Of a stretch of 64,000 nt of DNA, positions 1 to 10,424 are shown one piece after another; position 1 is the stretch's first letter; each line of letters opens with the position of its first letter. The stretch comes from an uncultured bacterium (GTDB lineage: Bacteria; Verrucomicrobiota; Verrucomicrobiia; Limisphaerales; UBA8199): positions 544,001 through 608,000 of the forward strand of contig CAVVMW010000014.1 of assembly GCA_963749495.1 (NCBI GenBank), written 5' to 3'. The notes under the pieces are model-generated. The model worked only from the letters and a program-made list of their open reading frames with translations, was not told the DNA's origin and searched no databases. Position numbers and translations under genes: made by a program.

Positions 1-1
1 A

Positions 2-1177
2 GAGCCGCCATGCGGTCAGGCCCGCCTTTTCAATGCAATGGAGGACCGCATCCCCTTTTGGCGTCACCGTGATCTTATCCCCCTCTTGCTGCGCATGCCC
101 GGTCTGGACGAGCTTGAGGAAGGAGGGGAAGTTCACGTTGAGCTGATAGCCTTCCAACCGGTCAAGCAAAGCCGGCAGCGTAGCGCAAGGAACCTGTGGT
201 TCGATCACGGCCTCGATTTGTGCCTTGGCTGGGAGTCCGTTGATGGGGGTGTGTCCTTCAGGGTAGTAGCTCACGCTGCGGAACAAGAGACGGTCCTGCC
301 GGTAAAGCCGGACAAGCCTACGGGCGGGTTTGGGGGTCACGAGATGCTGCAGCAAGCCTGCGGGACGGGCTAGAAGTTGAAGAGGTCGCTCGCCGTAGGC
401 GACGCCGCCATGGGTGAACGGCCAACTGCAGGTTCCGGAGAAATAGGCCTGTTCCAGTTCCTCCCGGCATTGCCCGAGATCCTGCTCGGTGTCTCGGAGC
501 AAGCGATTCACCGAAAAGCGCGGGTCCGGCCATTGCGCCTTGGTTTCCTGGCAGGTGACGGTGAAGTCCCCCCGGAGGTGCCGGGGATAGCGGTGGTGAT
601 AAATTTCCCCACCGAATGGGTCGATTTCCACGGCTACGCAGGCTCCGAATCTGAGTTGTCGTTTCCAGGCGGGTCTTGATATCGCACGCAGGAGGTGCAG
701 GTAGAACAAGCTCTGCCAGCCGGTGTACGCCAGTCCCTCCCCACGCAACGCCGGGGCCAGCCACATTCCCAAGAGCCGTTCTGTCATCCGGCGCGCCGCC
801 ACCGACGCGAGGAGCCAGGGATCGATCGCTTCCGGCTGTTCGAGCGCCCGGGCGATGCCGGCTCGGCTGAGGTCGTGTAAAGGAGCGTGCAAGAGCCGGG
901 CGGGGCTATCCTTGAATGTGTGCGCCATGTGGAGCAACAGGTTGGCCTCGTTCAGGCCAGGTGGTGTTGCACAGATGACTTCGCCGCGGAGGGCCCGCAC
1001 AACCTTTTCCGCCTTGGGGTTCATGACGCGGAACTGCGGCTCAAAATGCTCGTTGAAGCCCGGTTCCGCCAACTCGATGAACAGGGGGTCTATCTCAAGA
1101 ACAGTGTTGGGCGCGCAGGCCCTGATGGCCTTCGCTATTTCTTTGCGCCCCGTAACGATGGTTGCGGCCGAGTCCAC
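2..1177 (-). CDS. Degenerate type IA topoisomerase (TopA-like), partial; runs off the left edge
   Basis: Not in the ORF track because there is no stop in the window. My translation from GTG 1177 reads VDSAATIVTGRKEIAKAI...FEPQFRVMNPKAEKVVRAL..EVICATPPGLNEA...LSRAGIARALEQPEAIDPWLLASVAARRMTERLLGMWLAPAL..GWQSLFYL...EQAYFSGTCSWPFT...KITVTPKG. These segments are colinear with TopA motifs. Confidence 0.75.
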   Translation of the reverse strand, partial: MDSAATIVTGRKEIAKAIRACAPNTVLEIDPLFIELAEPGFNEHFEPQFRVMNPKAEKVVRALRGEVICATPPGLNEANLLLHMAHTFKDSPARLLHAPLHDLSRAGIARALEQPEAIDPWLLASVAARRMTERLLGMWLAPALRGEGLAYTGWQSLFYLHLLRAISRPAWKRQLRFGACVAVEIDPFGGEIYHHRYPRHLRGDFTVTCQETKAQWPDPRFSVNRLLRDTEQDLGQCREELEQAYFSGTCSWPFTHGGVAYGERPLQLLARPAGLLQHLVTPKPARRLVRLYRQDRLLFRSVSYYPEGHTPINGLPAKAQIEAVIEPQVPCATLPALLDRLEGYQLNVNFPSFLKLVQTGHAQQEGDKITVTPKGDAVLHCIEKAGLTAWRL

Positions 1178-1454
1178 GAAAAGGCTGCCCGATCACGAGT
1201 GTTCGCAGGAATCCCGGAGGGCGGGCGTAAGGAGACTGGAACCCGACGACAGGACCAGAATCCGGTGTGTCTGCCGCGTTCGATTCGCCGCTGGCCGCTG
1301 TGGCCCCTCGGTCTGTTTCGTTCCCATGCGTACCCCATTTTAGGGCTTTTGGGCTGTGGGTTGCCGCCTTTCTTGACGAGAAGGAAAGGCTTCCGCAAAG
1401 AGGCCTCAAGCCCGATCTATGGGTTGCCCCGAACGAGGCAATTCGCCCTTCACT

Positions 1455-2001
1455 TCAGGCGGCGTACGCAAACCGCGTTCGTCCTTGCCTGCGGGTTTCT
1501 TCGGAGTTCGGTTCGTTTTGCGCGGCCAAGGCATCAATGCAGGCGTCCTCGTTGTCGGCGACCCACTTCGCCGCGGTCGTTTCGATCAAGGTGTCGATGC
1601 GCCGCCGGAGCCGACGGGCCGCCTTTCGGAACCTCCTGCAGCTCAAACCTGGCTGGCATCGGCGCAAGGCGATCTCAATATCCCCTGGTTCGAAGAACAC
1701 ACTGGACAACGCGAGGTCCTCCCAACCCCAGTCGTGATGAACTCCCCGAGCGCCCCAGGTCCTGGTACGCGCCTATCCCGTGGTCCACATATTCCCCGGA
1801 AACCTCCAGCTCGACCTCGAGTTCCAGCCCGGCGATTTCCAGTGTGGCGGATAGTGTGGCCCACGTGCCTTTTGTTTGGCGCCGAGATCTCGAAGGAGCG
1901 AAGGCGGCACCCAGGGCAGCAGTGCGAGTGCAGGAAGCCCAGCGCCGGGGCTTGAGACATGGCGAGGGCTTGACGAGTCCGGTGGCGCTCGCTAACCGCA
2001 T
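1455..2001 (-). CDS. Hypothetical protein, one frameshift near 1760
   Basis: Two overlapping ORFs join as EVSGEYVDHGIGAYQ/WGARGVHHDWGWEDLALSSVFF if one extra base is removed. The start is uncertain. Confidence 0.45.
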
Positions 2002-2004
2002 CCA

Positions 2005-2634
2005 ATCACCTCCTGGTCGGGCGGCCCGGGCGTCGGCAAGACCACGTTGCTGCTGAGGATCGCCCAACGACTGCGCGCCGTTCGGGTCGGCGGCTTCTTC
2101 ACCCGGGAGATTCGAGAAGCTGGCTGGGTGGGATTTCGCGTGGAAACGTTTTCAGGCCTTTCGGGCACGCTGGCCCACGTTTCGCGCCAGCAAGGCGCCT
2201 CGGCCGCGCTCCGCGATACGCGAGTAATCTTTGCCGGCACACCGGAAATCGAGTTGACCATACGCAACCAAGGCCGTGATCATTACTTAAGCGCGCTTCG
2301 CTCCCAGGTAACTGTGAGACCAAAGGAGGTCACCGCTTACGAGTCGTGGATTAGGGAGACGGAAAAGCAGCCGTGGCTCCGCTGCCCCAAGCTCTCACCC
2401 CAGGAACGACTGGCGCTGTTCGAACGCATCTCCAAGCTCCATGAGTTCGCATGGGGTGCGAAAGCTACCGCGAGCGACGGTCTTGTGACAGAGCTTACCG
2501 GCCAACCCCAATTCCGAAGTCCCCGCAGATGGGTCCGCGCCGCCGTCCAACTACTTGATTTGCTCCAACAGCAATCAGCCGGCCCAATCCAGGTGCCAGT
2601 ATCGGCCCCTCTCGGGAGTTCCGAGGAAGGATAG
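2005..2634 (+). pseudogene. NTPase_1 (THEP1-like) N-terminal fragment continuing into unrelated sequence
   Basis: GPGVGKTTLLLRIAQRL..VGGFFTREIREAG.VGFRVETFSG..GTLAHV matches the THEP1 N-terminus. There is no clean start and no later Walker B. Confidence 0.55.
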
Positions 2635-2709
2635 CGCGCTTCCTGCGGTATGAGCCGGTCAAGGAGCTTCGCGGAGGATGCTGAGCGCTCGGGTGTGCGG
2701 TAAATACCG

Positions 2710-4346
2710 TCAAAGCGGGCCGATTTTGAAATCGTCCAGCGAAATCCCGAAGGCCCGCCTGAAGGCCGCGTCTGCCCATGGTTTGGTGAAACCGTGCGTA
2801 TAGAGCGGGTGCATCCACGTGAAGTCGAGGTTATAAGGTCCTTCTCCGATGATCCACTGGCGGATCAAGTCATACTGTAAGATCCAATAGTAAAAGGTGT
2901 TGAAGGTTTGATAGGTGTTCGCCTCGGGAACGCCATCGAGCAGTGTGGGGCGGATCTCGCCATTCGGGTGCGTGACAAATGGCGGCTGATGCTTGCCGAA
3001 TATGTCAAGGGATTCCTGCAGGTTGATGTTGCCACCCTCGGGCCCCACAAAAAACATGGCGGGCCAGCAGAAGAACTCGGGCCTGCACATCTTTTGCTCC
3101 GCGAAACGGAGGTGTTTTGCAAAGCAGACGCGCAGAGGCAGGTTATCCTCGGAGAAGCTGAAAGTGCTTTCCTGGGCAAGGAGTCGGCAAAGCCCTTCCC
3201 CTGACCCACCCACCGCATTAGTTCACGGGCAATCCCCACTGGCGTCTCGCAGACAATGGACCTGCACAAGTAATCGGCGACCTCCAGGTAACCGGTGGCA
3301 TTATAGCACGCCACCGCGTTGCGCAGGACTGGACGCTTGGCGACCTGAGAGCAGAACCAGCAAAACCGTATCCCCGGGTCCACGGATTCGATGAGCGATT
3401 CAAGGTGCCGTACATCGAACGGGTAACCATCGCTCGGGTTGATAGCCAGATCGCAGATAAGCAGGAACAGGAGCACATCTGAGGAAGCTGGGGTCGAAGG
3501 CCAGCGACCACCGGTGATCTTGAGAAACAGATTGAACGCCTCGACGTAAGCGCCGCTGAGCATGCCTTTGCGCTCAAATTCCTCCCACGACATCGCCCCT
3601 TGCGTCGCAAGGTAGAGATACTGCAACTGGCTGAACCGAGCCTGTCCCTCGAAAATATGCACCGCCCCAATCGGGGTCGTTCTGACTTCCGAGCCGAAGC
3701 AATACCCCTCTACCCGTCGGTTCCGCAAGTCGGCGGTAGCGGTTTCCCAGGCTTTTGGGTGGGGGAGGCACCCAAAGTCGGCGTCGAAAGTGGCGCCAAG
3801 CAGCAAAAGCAGGTTCGCCAGGCCAATTGCGATCGAGTGGCCCTGCGATTCGAAATAAGGGCTGCTCAGCACATCCGAAAGATTCTTCGGGTTTAAGAGA
3901 ATCCGTCGGTTGAATTCCAGGTCGTACCAGTTGTTCACTATCCGGTTGAGGCAGGCTTCCACGTCGGCGGCATACCCGCCCGGCGGCCCTTCCGTTAGGC
4001 GCTTGAGCGGCTTCTGCGGGCCGACCTTCCGGAGTACAAACTTCAGATGCTCGTAGTTAATGTGGGCCTGCATGGGCGGGGAGAGCGAGAGGAGCAACCC
4101 CGTCGTGCTGCCGATGTGCTGCCACCAGTGTAAAGTCTCATGCAGGTAGGTCGAAAATGCATCCAGGAGAGCATGATCCTGGGTGCGCAGGATACCGCCC
4201 GGATGCCGGTCCAGCAGGTCGTGCATGTCCTGGCGGAGCCCGACGACAAAGTGAAACGGGTGATAACTGCCACGGCTTGTCGCGAAAAGGCCCTCCTCGA
4301 GGGCCCAACCCAACCGGCCTGTTTGGTGAAAATCGGTGGATTCCAT
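2710..4346 (-). CDS. HExxH-motif hypothetical protein, frameshift near 3183
   Basis: Contains STYLHETLHWWQH. ORFs 2865..4346 and 2710..3213 join as GFADLLAQESTF by adding one base. Confidence 0.6.
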
Positions 4347-4375
4347 ATTTCGGGGCGGCAGTGTACCTCAAGACG

Positions 4376-4763
4376 GGCTGGAAACAACACCGCTTGATTC
4401 CGCCGCAGTCCTTTGTCGCCCTGCGCCCGGACTGGTCCAAGCGCTGGTCCGGCATGGCGAAGATGAAAAACCGGGATGGTAACGGCGTGGCGCACTATGC
4501 CGGCTGGAGTTTGCCGGCCCTCAGATACCTTTACGAAGAGCGCCACATCACCGCCTCCGGGCACGAGACGACGGACACCGATCCCGGAGTCGCCACCCGA
4601 CTATTCGTTAGAGAAGTATATCCTGGGGCAAGACAACTATCAGCTTGAGGTGCTGGCCAACCTGGAGCAGGTTCCGGAAGCCGATGCGTTACTGGTGGTG
4701 ACTTTTCCCAGGCCGAAGAGAGGCTCGGGTTTCCCGGTTCGGGGGTTTGCCATCCTGCCGTGA
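4376..4763 (+). pseudogene. Cyclase (kynurenine formamidase-like) family C-terminal fragment
   Basis: FVALRPDWSKRW...GWSLPALRYLYEERHITASGHETTDTDPG plus DYSLEKYIL...LANLEQVP...GSGFPVRGFAILP, split over two frames. The N-terminal half is missing. Confidence 0.7.
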
Positions 4764-4792
4764 AAAGTTGAGCCGAGCGGCCAGCCAGCCGT

Positions 4793-6400
4793 CTAATCCT
4801 CGAGCGCATGCACTTCGGAGAATGAAGCTGTTCCCTCGAGCCACAATGACAGCGCGTGTTCGAGGACGGTCTTGAAGCCTTCTTCGCGGGCCTTGCGGAT
4901 GATGTCAAGGATTGGGCAATCGGTTCCCATCAATTCCCGAACGGCCTCGCTTGGGCTGAAAAAGCTGTAAACCGCTGTGCGCCCGATGGTGCCAACCCCG
5001 TTGCAGCGGGAGCAGCCGCGCTTGTCGTAAACGACATGGCCGTCGGGACACGGGATCGCCAGTTTTGCGAGCAGCTCGAGCTCCTGCGGCTTGACCTCCC
5101 TCTTGACCTTGCACGACGGGCAAAGGACCCCGACCAGCCGCTGGGCAATCACCAGCCGAATGAGCGTTTGCAGTTGGTAACGGTCCACTCCCAGCCGATC
5201 CAGGCGGCTTAACGTTTCGATCGCATTGTTGGTGTGGAGAGTGGTGAAGACCAGGTGCCCAGTCTCGGCCGCGGCCACCGCCAGCCTGGCGGTTTCTTCA
5301 TCGCGGACTTCGCCGACCAGCAGAATGTCCGGGTCCAAGCGAAGACACGAGCGGACGGCGTTGGGAAAGGTGACGCCTTTGTCGGGTTCGATCTGGATTT
5401 GGGAGAAGCCGCGGATCCTGTATTCCACGGGGTCTTCGATGGTGATGATCTTCACTTCCGGAGAATTGAGATGCTGCAGGACGGTATAGAGCGTTGTGGT
5501 TTTGCCCGAGCCGGTCGGCCCGGTGACGATGATGAGCCCGCTGGTTTTGCTGATGCTGTCCAGCAATTCTCGATAGTAGGCCGGCGGCAGGTTCAGTTGT
5601 TCGATCGCGCGGTCGATGCTTTTGAAATCCAGCAGCCGCATCACCACGGATTCCCCATCCACCGTGGGCGAAACCTCCACGCGCAGGTCCAAGCTCTTTC
5701 CCTGCGGCAAGGCGAGGCGCACGCGGCTGGATTGGAAGCTGCCCAAGCTATTGGCCAGGAGACGCGCTTCCAGTTTCAGGGCCTTGAGCACTTCCTCGCC
5801 TTCGCGCAGGGCCAGCTTCCGCTGCACGAGCAGGTCGCCATGCACCCGAAAACGGATGCGCAGGCAGCCTTCGGTGGGCTCCAGGTGAATGTCACTGGCC
5901 CTCATCAAATCGGCGCGGCGCACGATTTCGTGGAAGATCTGCCCCGGCTCAACGCTGTCCCAGGCTGCGTTTGGGAAAAAGATCCGGGCCTCGGGAGCAA
6001 CCTCTGCGCGCGGCGCCTCGGGCTGGTAGCGGCTGAGGCTCCCCAGCAGTTCATCGTAGTTGCGCTGCGTGATCAGGATGCGTTTGATCCCCAGCTCGAA
6101 CTCCTGCAGCAGGTCTTGCAGGCGCTTTTCATCCCACGGCTCGCACTCGGTGACAACGAGAATGTCAGGCAGCAGCAGAAGCGGGATTTGCCCGTTGCGG
6201 ATAAAGAAGGCCTGGTGCCGGCGAAAGAACTCGGCGTGGACGTCAGCCATGGTGATCTGCCGGTAAGGCAAATCGTAGGCGTGAGCCGCAACGGTGTAGA
6301 ACTGATCCTCTGTCCAGGTTTGAATTGGCCCGAGGGAGCGCGCAGCCGTGTGGCTTTGGAGCCTGTCGATGGCGTCTTTGGGGGCGTTCAGGAAATTCAT
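4793..6400 (-). CDS. GspE/PilB family type II/IV pilus assembly ATPase
   Basis: ASDIHLEP, GPTGSGKTTT, TIEDPVEY, RLDPDILLVGEVRD, GHLVFTTLH and a CxxC...CxxC zinc site are all intact. Start placed at MNFLNAP. Confidence 0.92.
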   Translation of the reverse strand: MNFLNAPKDAIDRLQSHTAARSLGPIQTWTEDQFYTVAAHAYDLPYRQITMADVHAEFFRRHQAFFIRNGQIPLLLLPDILVVTECEPWDEKRLQDLLQEFELGIKRILITQRNYDELLGSLSRYQPEAPRAEVAPEARIFFPNAAWDSVEPGQIFHEIVRRADLMRASDIHLEPTEGCLRIRFRVHGDLLVQRKLALREGEEVLKALKLEARLLANSLGSFQSSRVRLALPQGKSLDLRVEVSPTVDGESVVMRLLDFKSIDRAIEQLNLPPAYYRELLDSISKTSGLIIVTGPTGSGKTTTLYTVLQHLNSPEVKIITIEDPVEYRIRGFSQIQIEPDKGVTFPNAVRSCLRLDPDILLVGEVRDEETARLAVAAAETGHLVFTTLHTNNAIETLSRLDRLGVDRYQLQTLIRLVIAQRLVGVLCPSCKVKREVKPQELELLAKLAIPCPDGHVVYDKRGCSRCNGVGTIGRTAVYSFFSPSEAVRELMGTDCPILDIIRKAREEGFKTVLEHALSLWLEGTASFSEVHALED

Positions 6401-6410
6401 GCGGCCGCTC

Positions 6411-6881
6411 TCAATGGGTGGCTGCGCCCCGCAGCTGGCGGTTGAGCTTGCTGTAATCCGCGGGCGCGAGCGGCACCAGGCAAACGCGCAACTCGGGCGG
6501 AACTCTCTCCTGGACCTCCTTGAGTTCAGGGAAATCGGGGTCATAGCGCAGCAACCCGAGGTATAGGGTTTGGTGGGACAAACCCAGGGGCAGGATGCCC
6601 TCGCTCAGGCAGCGGCTCACAAGCGAAGGCTGGAGCAGCCGAAGTTCGGCCAGTTCCCGCTGGTCCAGAGAATTGACGGGGATGTAATGAAATCGGTCCT
6701 GTTGCAGGGCCTGGTTGAGCCAGAGGTCGCGTTCGAACAACTGCGCGTTGCCACCCAATAACTCTCCAATATCCACCTGGTTCTGGCCGGCTCTCATCCG
6801 TTCGAACTGGTCAACGGTGACCAACCCGGTGGCCAGAAGGTGTTTTATCCAACCCTGGTCGCTGGGGCGGCGCGTGAACAT
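6411..6881 (-). CDS. Stand-alone GspE/PilB N-terminal (MshEN-like) domain protein
   Basis: HLLATGLVTVDQFER...IGELL...CLSEGILPLG....LYLGL pattern; lies immediately upstream of the ATPase. Confidence 0.55.
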   Translation of the reverse strand: MFTRRPSDQGWIKHLLATGLVTVDQFERMRAGQNQVDIGELLGGNAQLFERDLWLNQALQQDRFHYIPVNSLDQRELAELRLLQPSLVSRCLSEGILPLGLSHQTLYLGLLRYDPDFPELKEVQERVPPELRVCLVPLAPADYSKLNRQLRGAATH

Positions 6882-6898
6882 GCGGCGTTGGCAGGGAG

Positions 6899-8932
6899 TT
6901 ATGCGGCGGCGCGCTGAGGCGCGGGCTCGCGCTCTTTCCTGCCCGGGCAGGGGCGGCTGCACAGGCTGGCCCGGTATTTGCGGTGTTGGGCCTGCATTTC
7001 AAGAAATTCCGGCGAACCCTCCAACGCGCGGCGGGCCACGTCGTGGAAGCGATTGGGCTGCTCGGCGCAGAGACGGCGCAACTCGTCCGAGGACGGGAGC
7101 AAGGCCGACTCGAACAGCTCCGGCTTGTTGCGCTTGAGCCAATGCAGGACTTTCACCGGTTGTGTCCGGTTGGCGATGAACTTGTTCACCTGGCCGACGT
7201 ATTCGATGTAGTCCGGGTCGAATAACCAGACGGCCTCGTAGGCTTGGCCGGCGTAACGGCCACTCTGAAAAATACCGCGAAGCCGATAGACGTATTTCAG
7301 GAAATCGAGCTTCTGCAAGAGGGAGGCCGCGTGGGCTTGGGAAAGGCGCCGGATCGCGTTCGCAGGGACCTGGTAATCCCGCAGCCGGCCCATCTGTTCG
7401 TCGGTGGCAGGGCCGTCGCCTTCTGGATGACTGCGGACTCGCTCAAGTTCCGCCTCCGTCAGCCGCTGCACCAGCAGGGCCGTCGCATCCAGCAGAGCCT
7501 CCTGTTTCCTGCACCCGAGCCCCATGCGCGTCTGGCCGTACGAAAAGCGCCAAGCCCCCAGATCGTCCCGGTCGAGTCGGGCCCCGCGGTTCTCGCGGAT
7601 ATCGGCCACGCAGACGAAGTTGTTGTCGAGGGGCATCCAAGCAATCGAGGTGGAGGTGTCCGGTTGAATGGTCTGTGCCAGGTGGAAGAAATCCGGCGGC
7701 TCCAGAAACCGCCGGATGTCCTGCGCGGTAAATTCAGCCGCGACGTTCCAGTCCACTTCCGGGTGGCAGAGCCGGGCCTTCTCGACCGTGCGCTGGACCT
7801 GGCGGATGTTTTCGCCATTGAGCAAGAGACGCTCCGGCAGGCAGAACATTTTCGGCAAGGTGATGACGTCTTGCGACCGGATATCAACCAGGTCGATGAC
7901 CAGGCAATCGCGCTTGGAGGGGTGGAGGCGCAGGCCGCGGCCAATCTGCTGGGGAAAGGTCACGGGCGAGCGCGTTGGCCTGCCGAGAACCACGCAGGCC
8001 GTGTGCGGGGCGTCCAGGCCCTCCGTTAAAGCCTGGCAGTTGGTTAAAACTCGCAGACGCCCCTGCTGATAGTCGGCGATGATCCGCCGGCGTTCTTCCT
8101 TCTGTTGCTTGCCGAAAACGGCTTGGGCCGCAATGCCCCGTTTGCGGAATTCGGCCGCGACACGTTCGGCGTGCCGGACATTGGCGACGAACACGATGGC
8201 AGGGCGGCTTTCGCCCCGCTGCAGGTAGCTCTGGACGATTACACGATTGCGGGCCTCGGTGTCGATCGCCTCCGCCAACTTGGCCGCATCGTAATCCCCC
8301 TCGGGTGTCAACGGCACGCCGTCAATGGACGCGTTGGTGCGCACGGTCAAACCGCGAATCGGGCAAAGATACCCCGCGTCGAGCAACTGCGGCAGATCGA
8401 TTCTGAAAGCCAATCGGTCGTAGAGAACCGAGAGGTTCTCGCCGTCCATGCGTATCGGCGTGGCGGTGATGCCCAAGAGGTGCCGGGATGGATTCTGCGT
8501 GGAGATCTCGTGAAGCAGGTCCGCATAAGTCTGGGCGGTGCTATGGTGGCACTCGTCAATGATCACGAGCGAGATGTCCCTCAAAGGACACCAGCGGGCG
8601 AGGCGCTCGACATTCTTGACGGTGGCGATGGAGGCCACCATGACCGAGGCGTCCGCCGGGCAGATGCTCCTGCCCTGCTCGATTCCGGCAACGATCTGGC
8701 CGTCAATCAGGGCCAGTTTTTCCACGGTCTGCTCCAGCAGCTCTTCCCGGTGAGCGAGAAAGAGGACGCGTCGGTTCGGGCTCGCCAAGTGCAGCTTCAT
8801 GATGACAGAAGCGATGATGGTTTTGCCCGCTCCAACCGCCGCCACCAGCAGCAGGCTCAGCACCTTTCGCTCCCATAGGTCGAAACAGCACTTTACCGCT
8901 TCTCCCTGGTATGGCCGTAGTTGCACGTTCAT
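6899..8932 (-). CDS. SF2 DEAD/DEAH-box helicase (Irc3/RadD-like)
   Basis: LRPYQ, AVGAGKT, IIDECHH, GITATP, LTEGLDAP and QQIGRGLR are intact. C-terminal PATDEQ..L and GRYAG...DPDY motifs. Confidence 0.9.
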   Translation of the reverse strand: MNVQLRPYQGEAVKCCFDLWERKVLSLLLVAAVGAGKTIIASVIMKLHLASPNRRVLFLAHREELLEQTVEKLALIDGQIVAGIEQGRSICPADASVMVASIATVKNVERLARWCPLRDISLVIIDECHHSTAQTYADLLHEISTQNPSRHLLGITATPIRMDGENLSVLYDRLAFRIDLPQLLDAGYLCPIRGLTVRTNASIDGVPLTPEGDYDAAKLAEAIDTEARNRVIVQSYLQRGESRPAIVFVANVRHAERVAAEFRKRGIAAQAVFGKQQKEERRRIIADYQQGRLRVLTNCQALTEGLDAPHTACVVLGRPTRSPVTFPQQIGRGLRLHPSKRDCLVIDLVDIRSQDVITLPKMFCLPERLLLNGENIRQVQRTVEKARLCHPEVDWNVAAEFTAQDIRRFLEPPDFFHLAQTIQPDTSTSIAWMPLDNNFVCVADIRENRGARLDRDDLGAWRFSYGQTRMGLGCRKQEALLDATALLVQRLTEAELERVRSHPEGDGPATDEQMGRLRDYQVPANAIRRLSQAHAASLLQKLDFLKYVYRLRGIFQSGRYAGQAYEAVWLFDPDYIEYVGQVNKFIANRTQPVKVLHWLKRNKPELFESALLPSSDELRRLCAEQPNRFHDVARRALEGSPEFLEMQAQHRKYRASLCSRPCPGRKEREPAPQRAAA

Positions 8933-9035
8933 CAGCCGCGCCCCCAAGGCAATGGACGCTCGCTCCATTATAGGTGCCGGGAGCGCCGTCTGTGGGGGGC
9001 GGCCCTACTTCGGCCGCCTTTCTGTGACCGGAGGG

Positions 9036-10385
9036 TTACTTGCTGGCGAGGTCGTGCTTTTCGCCCAGCTTGAGCGCCACCGCTTTGGTGGCCAGCTTGG
9101 GCGTGCAGCCTTCGGCGAGGAAGGGACTGGGCAGCAGTGCGTTGCCCGGATCCGGGATAAGGAAAAAGACCCCGGCCCCGGCGCTGCTGACGGACCTCAG
9201 AAACGCCCGGCGGCAGTTCTCCGCGTTGCGCTCGCGTTGGTAGGGCCAATATCCATTGAAACAGTTCGGGAGCACGACGTAATCCGGGTTCAGATAGGGC
9301 GCCTCGAAAGGCGTCGTGCAGACGATTCCTTTGGCTGGCACTGCAGGCCGGTACCACAACCGGTGCTTGTCCCGTTGCAGGAAGTGCGGCCTTTTCAGCC
9401 GGCCGGACATCTCCCGGGCGTCGTCGGGATTGCGGAGAACGACCGCCAAGAGGCGCTGACGGATTCCAAGTTGAAGCTGTGTTTCCATGTCGAGAATGAC
9501 CTCGAACATCTGGGATCGCTTGGGAACCGTGACCTCCACAAGCAGTTGGCTGTTGGGGTCGGCGGCGCCGGTGAACGAGGATTCGTAAACGCGCTTGGAA
9601 TTGAAGGCGGCCAGTTGTTGGAGGAACAGCCCTCGGGCGTTGCCGACCCCGAACAGTTGCGTGAGCGGGTGGGTCTTGACGCCGTCCTGGCTGACCAAAG
9701 TCAGCCAGTGCTCGGGGTCAAGGTCCTGCTGCCGGTCGTAAATGGCGAGGTTGCTGTTGCCGGCAAGGAAACTCTGGTCCGTGCGCTGCTGCAGCACCGA
9801 TAACCCCAGCAGCTCTTCCCAGCCGAAATCGTGAACGTTGTCCGCCACCAGCAGGCGGATGCCGGCGAGTTCCGGTTGCACCACCTTGGCAAACAGGTTG
9901 ACCGTCTCAATCGTGAGGCTGCGCGGGGTCGCGAGGTTCTTCCGGCGCAACAACTGGACAAAGGCCTGGTTCCACTGCTCATGGAAGGCGGCGCTGGCGG
10001 TGTCGGGGTGGAGTTGGAGGGCGGTCTTGCGCGCAGCTTCGCGATCAACGGAAGCTGCGAGATCGGAAACGATTGGGGGCGCCTGGGAGTAGGAAAGCTC
10101 CCGGTGGTAGCGCCTGAGCAGTCTGCTGCCGATTTCGGCGAAAGTCCCGATTAAGTCCTCGTCCCAACTCAGCGCGGTGATTCTCCGGAGATGTTCGAGG
10201 ACGCGTTGCGTCGCCAAGGCGTTGGCGGTGATGAAAATGGCCTTGTTCGCGCCCGGGCGCTCCTGTTGATTCAAGTATTTCCGGGACAGAAGGGTCGTCT
10301 TGCCGGTCTTGGAGACGGCATTGAGCAGATTGCTCCGCGCTGTGCTGGCCAGAACCGCCTTCTGCTGGGGAGTGAACTCGGCCAT
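9036..10385 (-). CDS. Degenerate UvrD/PcrA-like protein
   Basis: SF1 motif order is kept but eroded: AVSKTGKTT, IGTFAEI, LVADNVHD, AGNSNLAIY, TPFEAPYL, ENCRRAFLRSVSSA. Confidence 0.75.
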   Translation of the reverse strand: MAEFTPQQKAVLASTARSNLLNAVSKTGKTTLLSRKYLNQQERPGANKAIFITANALATQRVLEHLRRITALSWDEDLIGTFAEIGSRLLRRYHRELSYSQAPPIVSDLAASVDREAARKTALQLHPDTASAAFHEQWNQAFVQLLRRKNLATPRSLTIETVNLFAKVVQPELAGIRLLVADNVHDFGWEELLGLSVLQQRTDQSFLAGNSNLAIYDRQQDLDPEHWLTLVSQDGVKTHPLTQLFGVGNARGLFLQQLAAFNSKRVYESSFTGAADPNSQLLVEVTVPKRSQMFEVILDMETQLQLGIRQRLLAVVLRNPDDAREMSGRLKRPHFLQRDKHRLWYRPAVPAKGIVCTTPFEAPYLNPDYVVLPNCFNGYWPYQRERNAENCRRAFLRSVSSAGAGVFFLIPDPGNALLPSPFLAEGCTPKLATKAVALKLGEKHDLASK

Positions 10386-10424
10386 GATTGCGTCCGCACG
10401 AGCCGGCGGTTGGTCGAACCGCAA

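Noticed and set aside
38..2056. Plus-strand ORFs 38..373, 377..679, 695..880, 887..2056
   Set aside because: Antisense shadows of the minus-strand TopA-like gene and its neighbour; no recognisable motifs.
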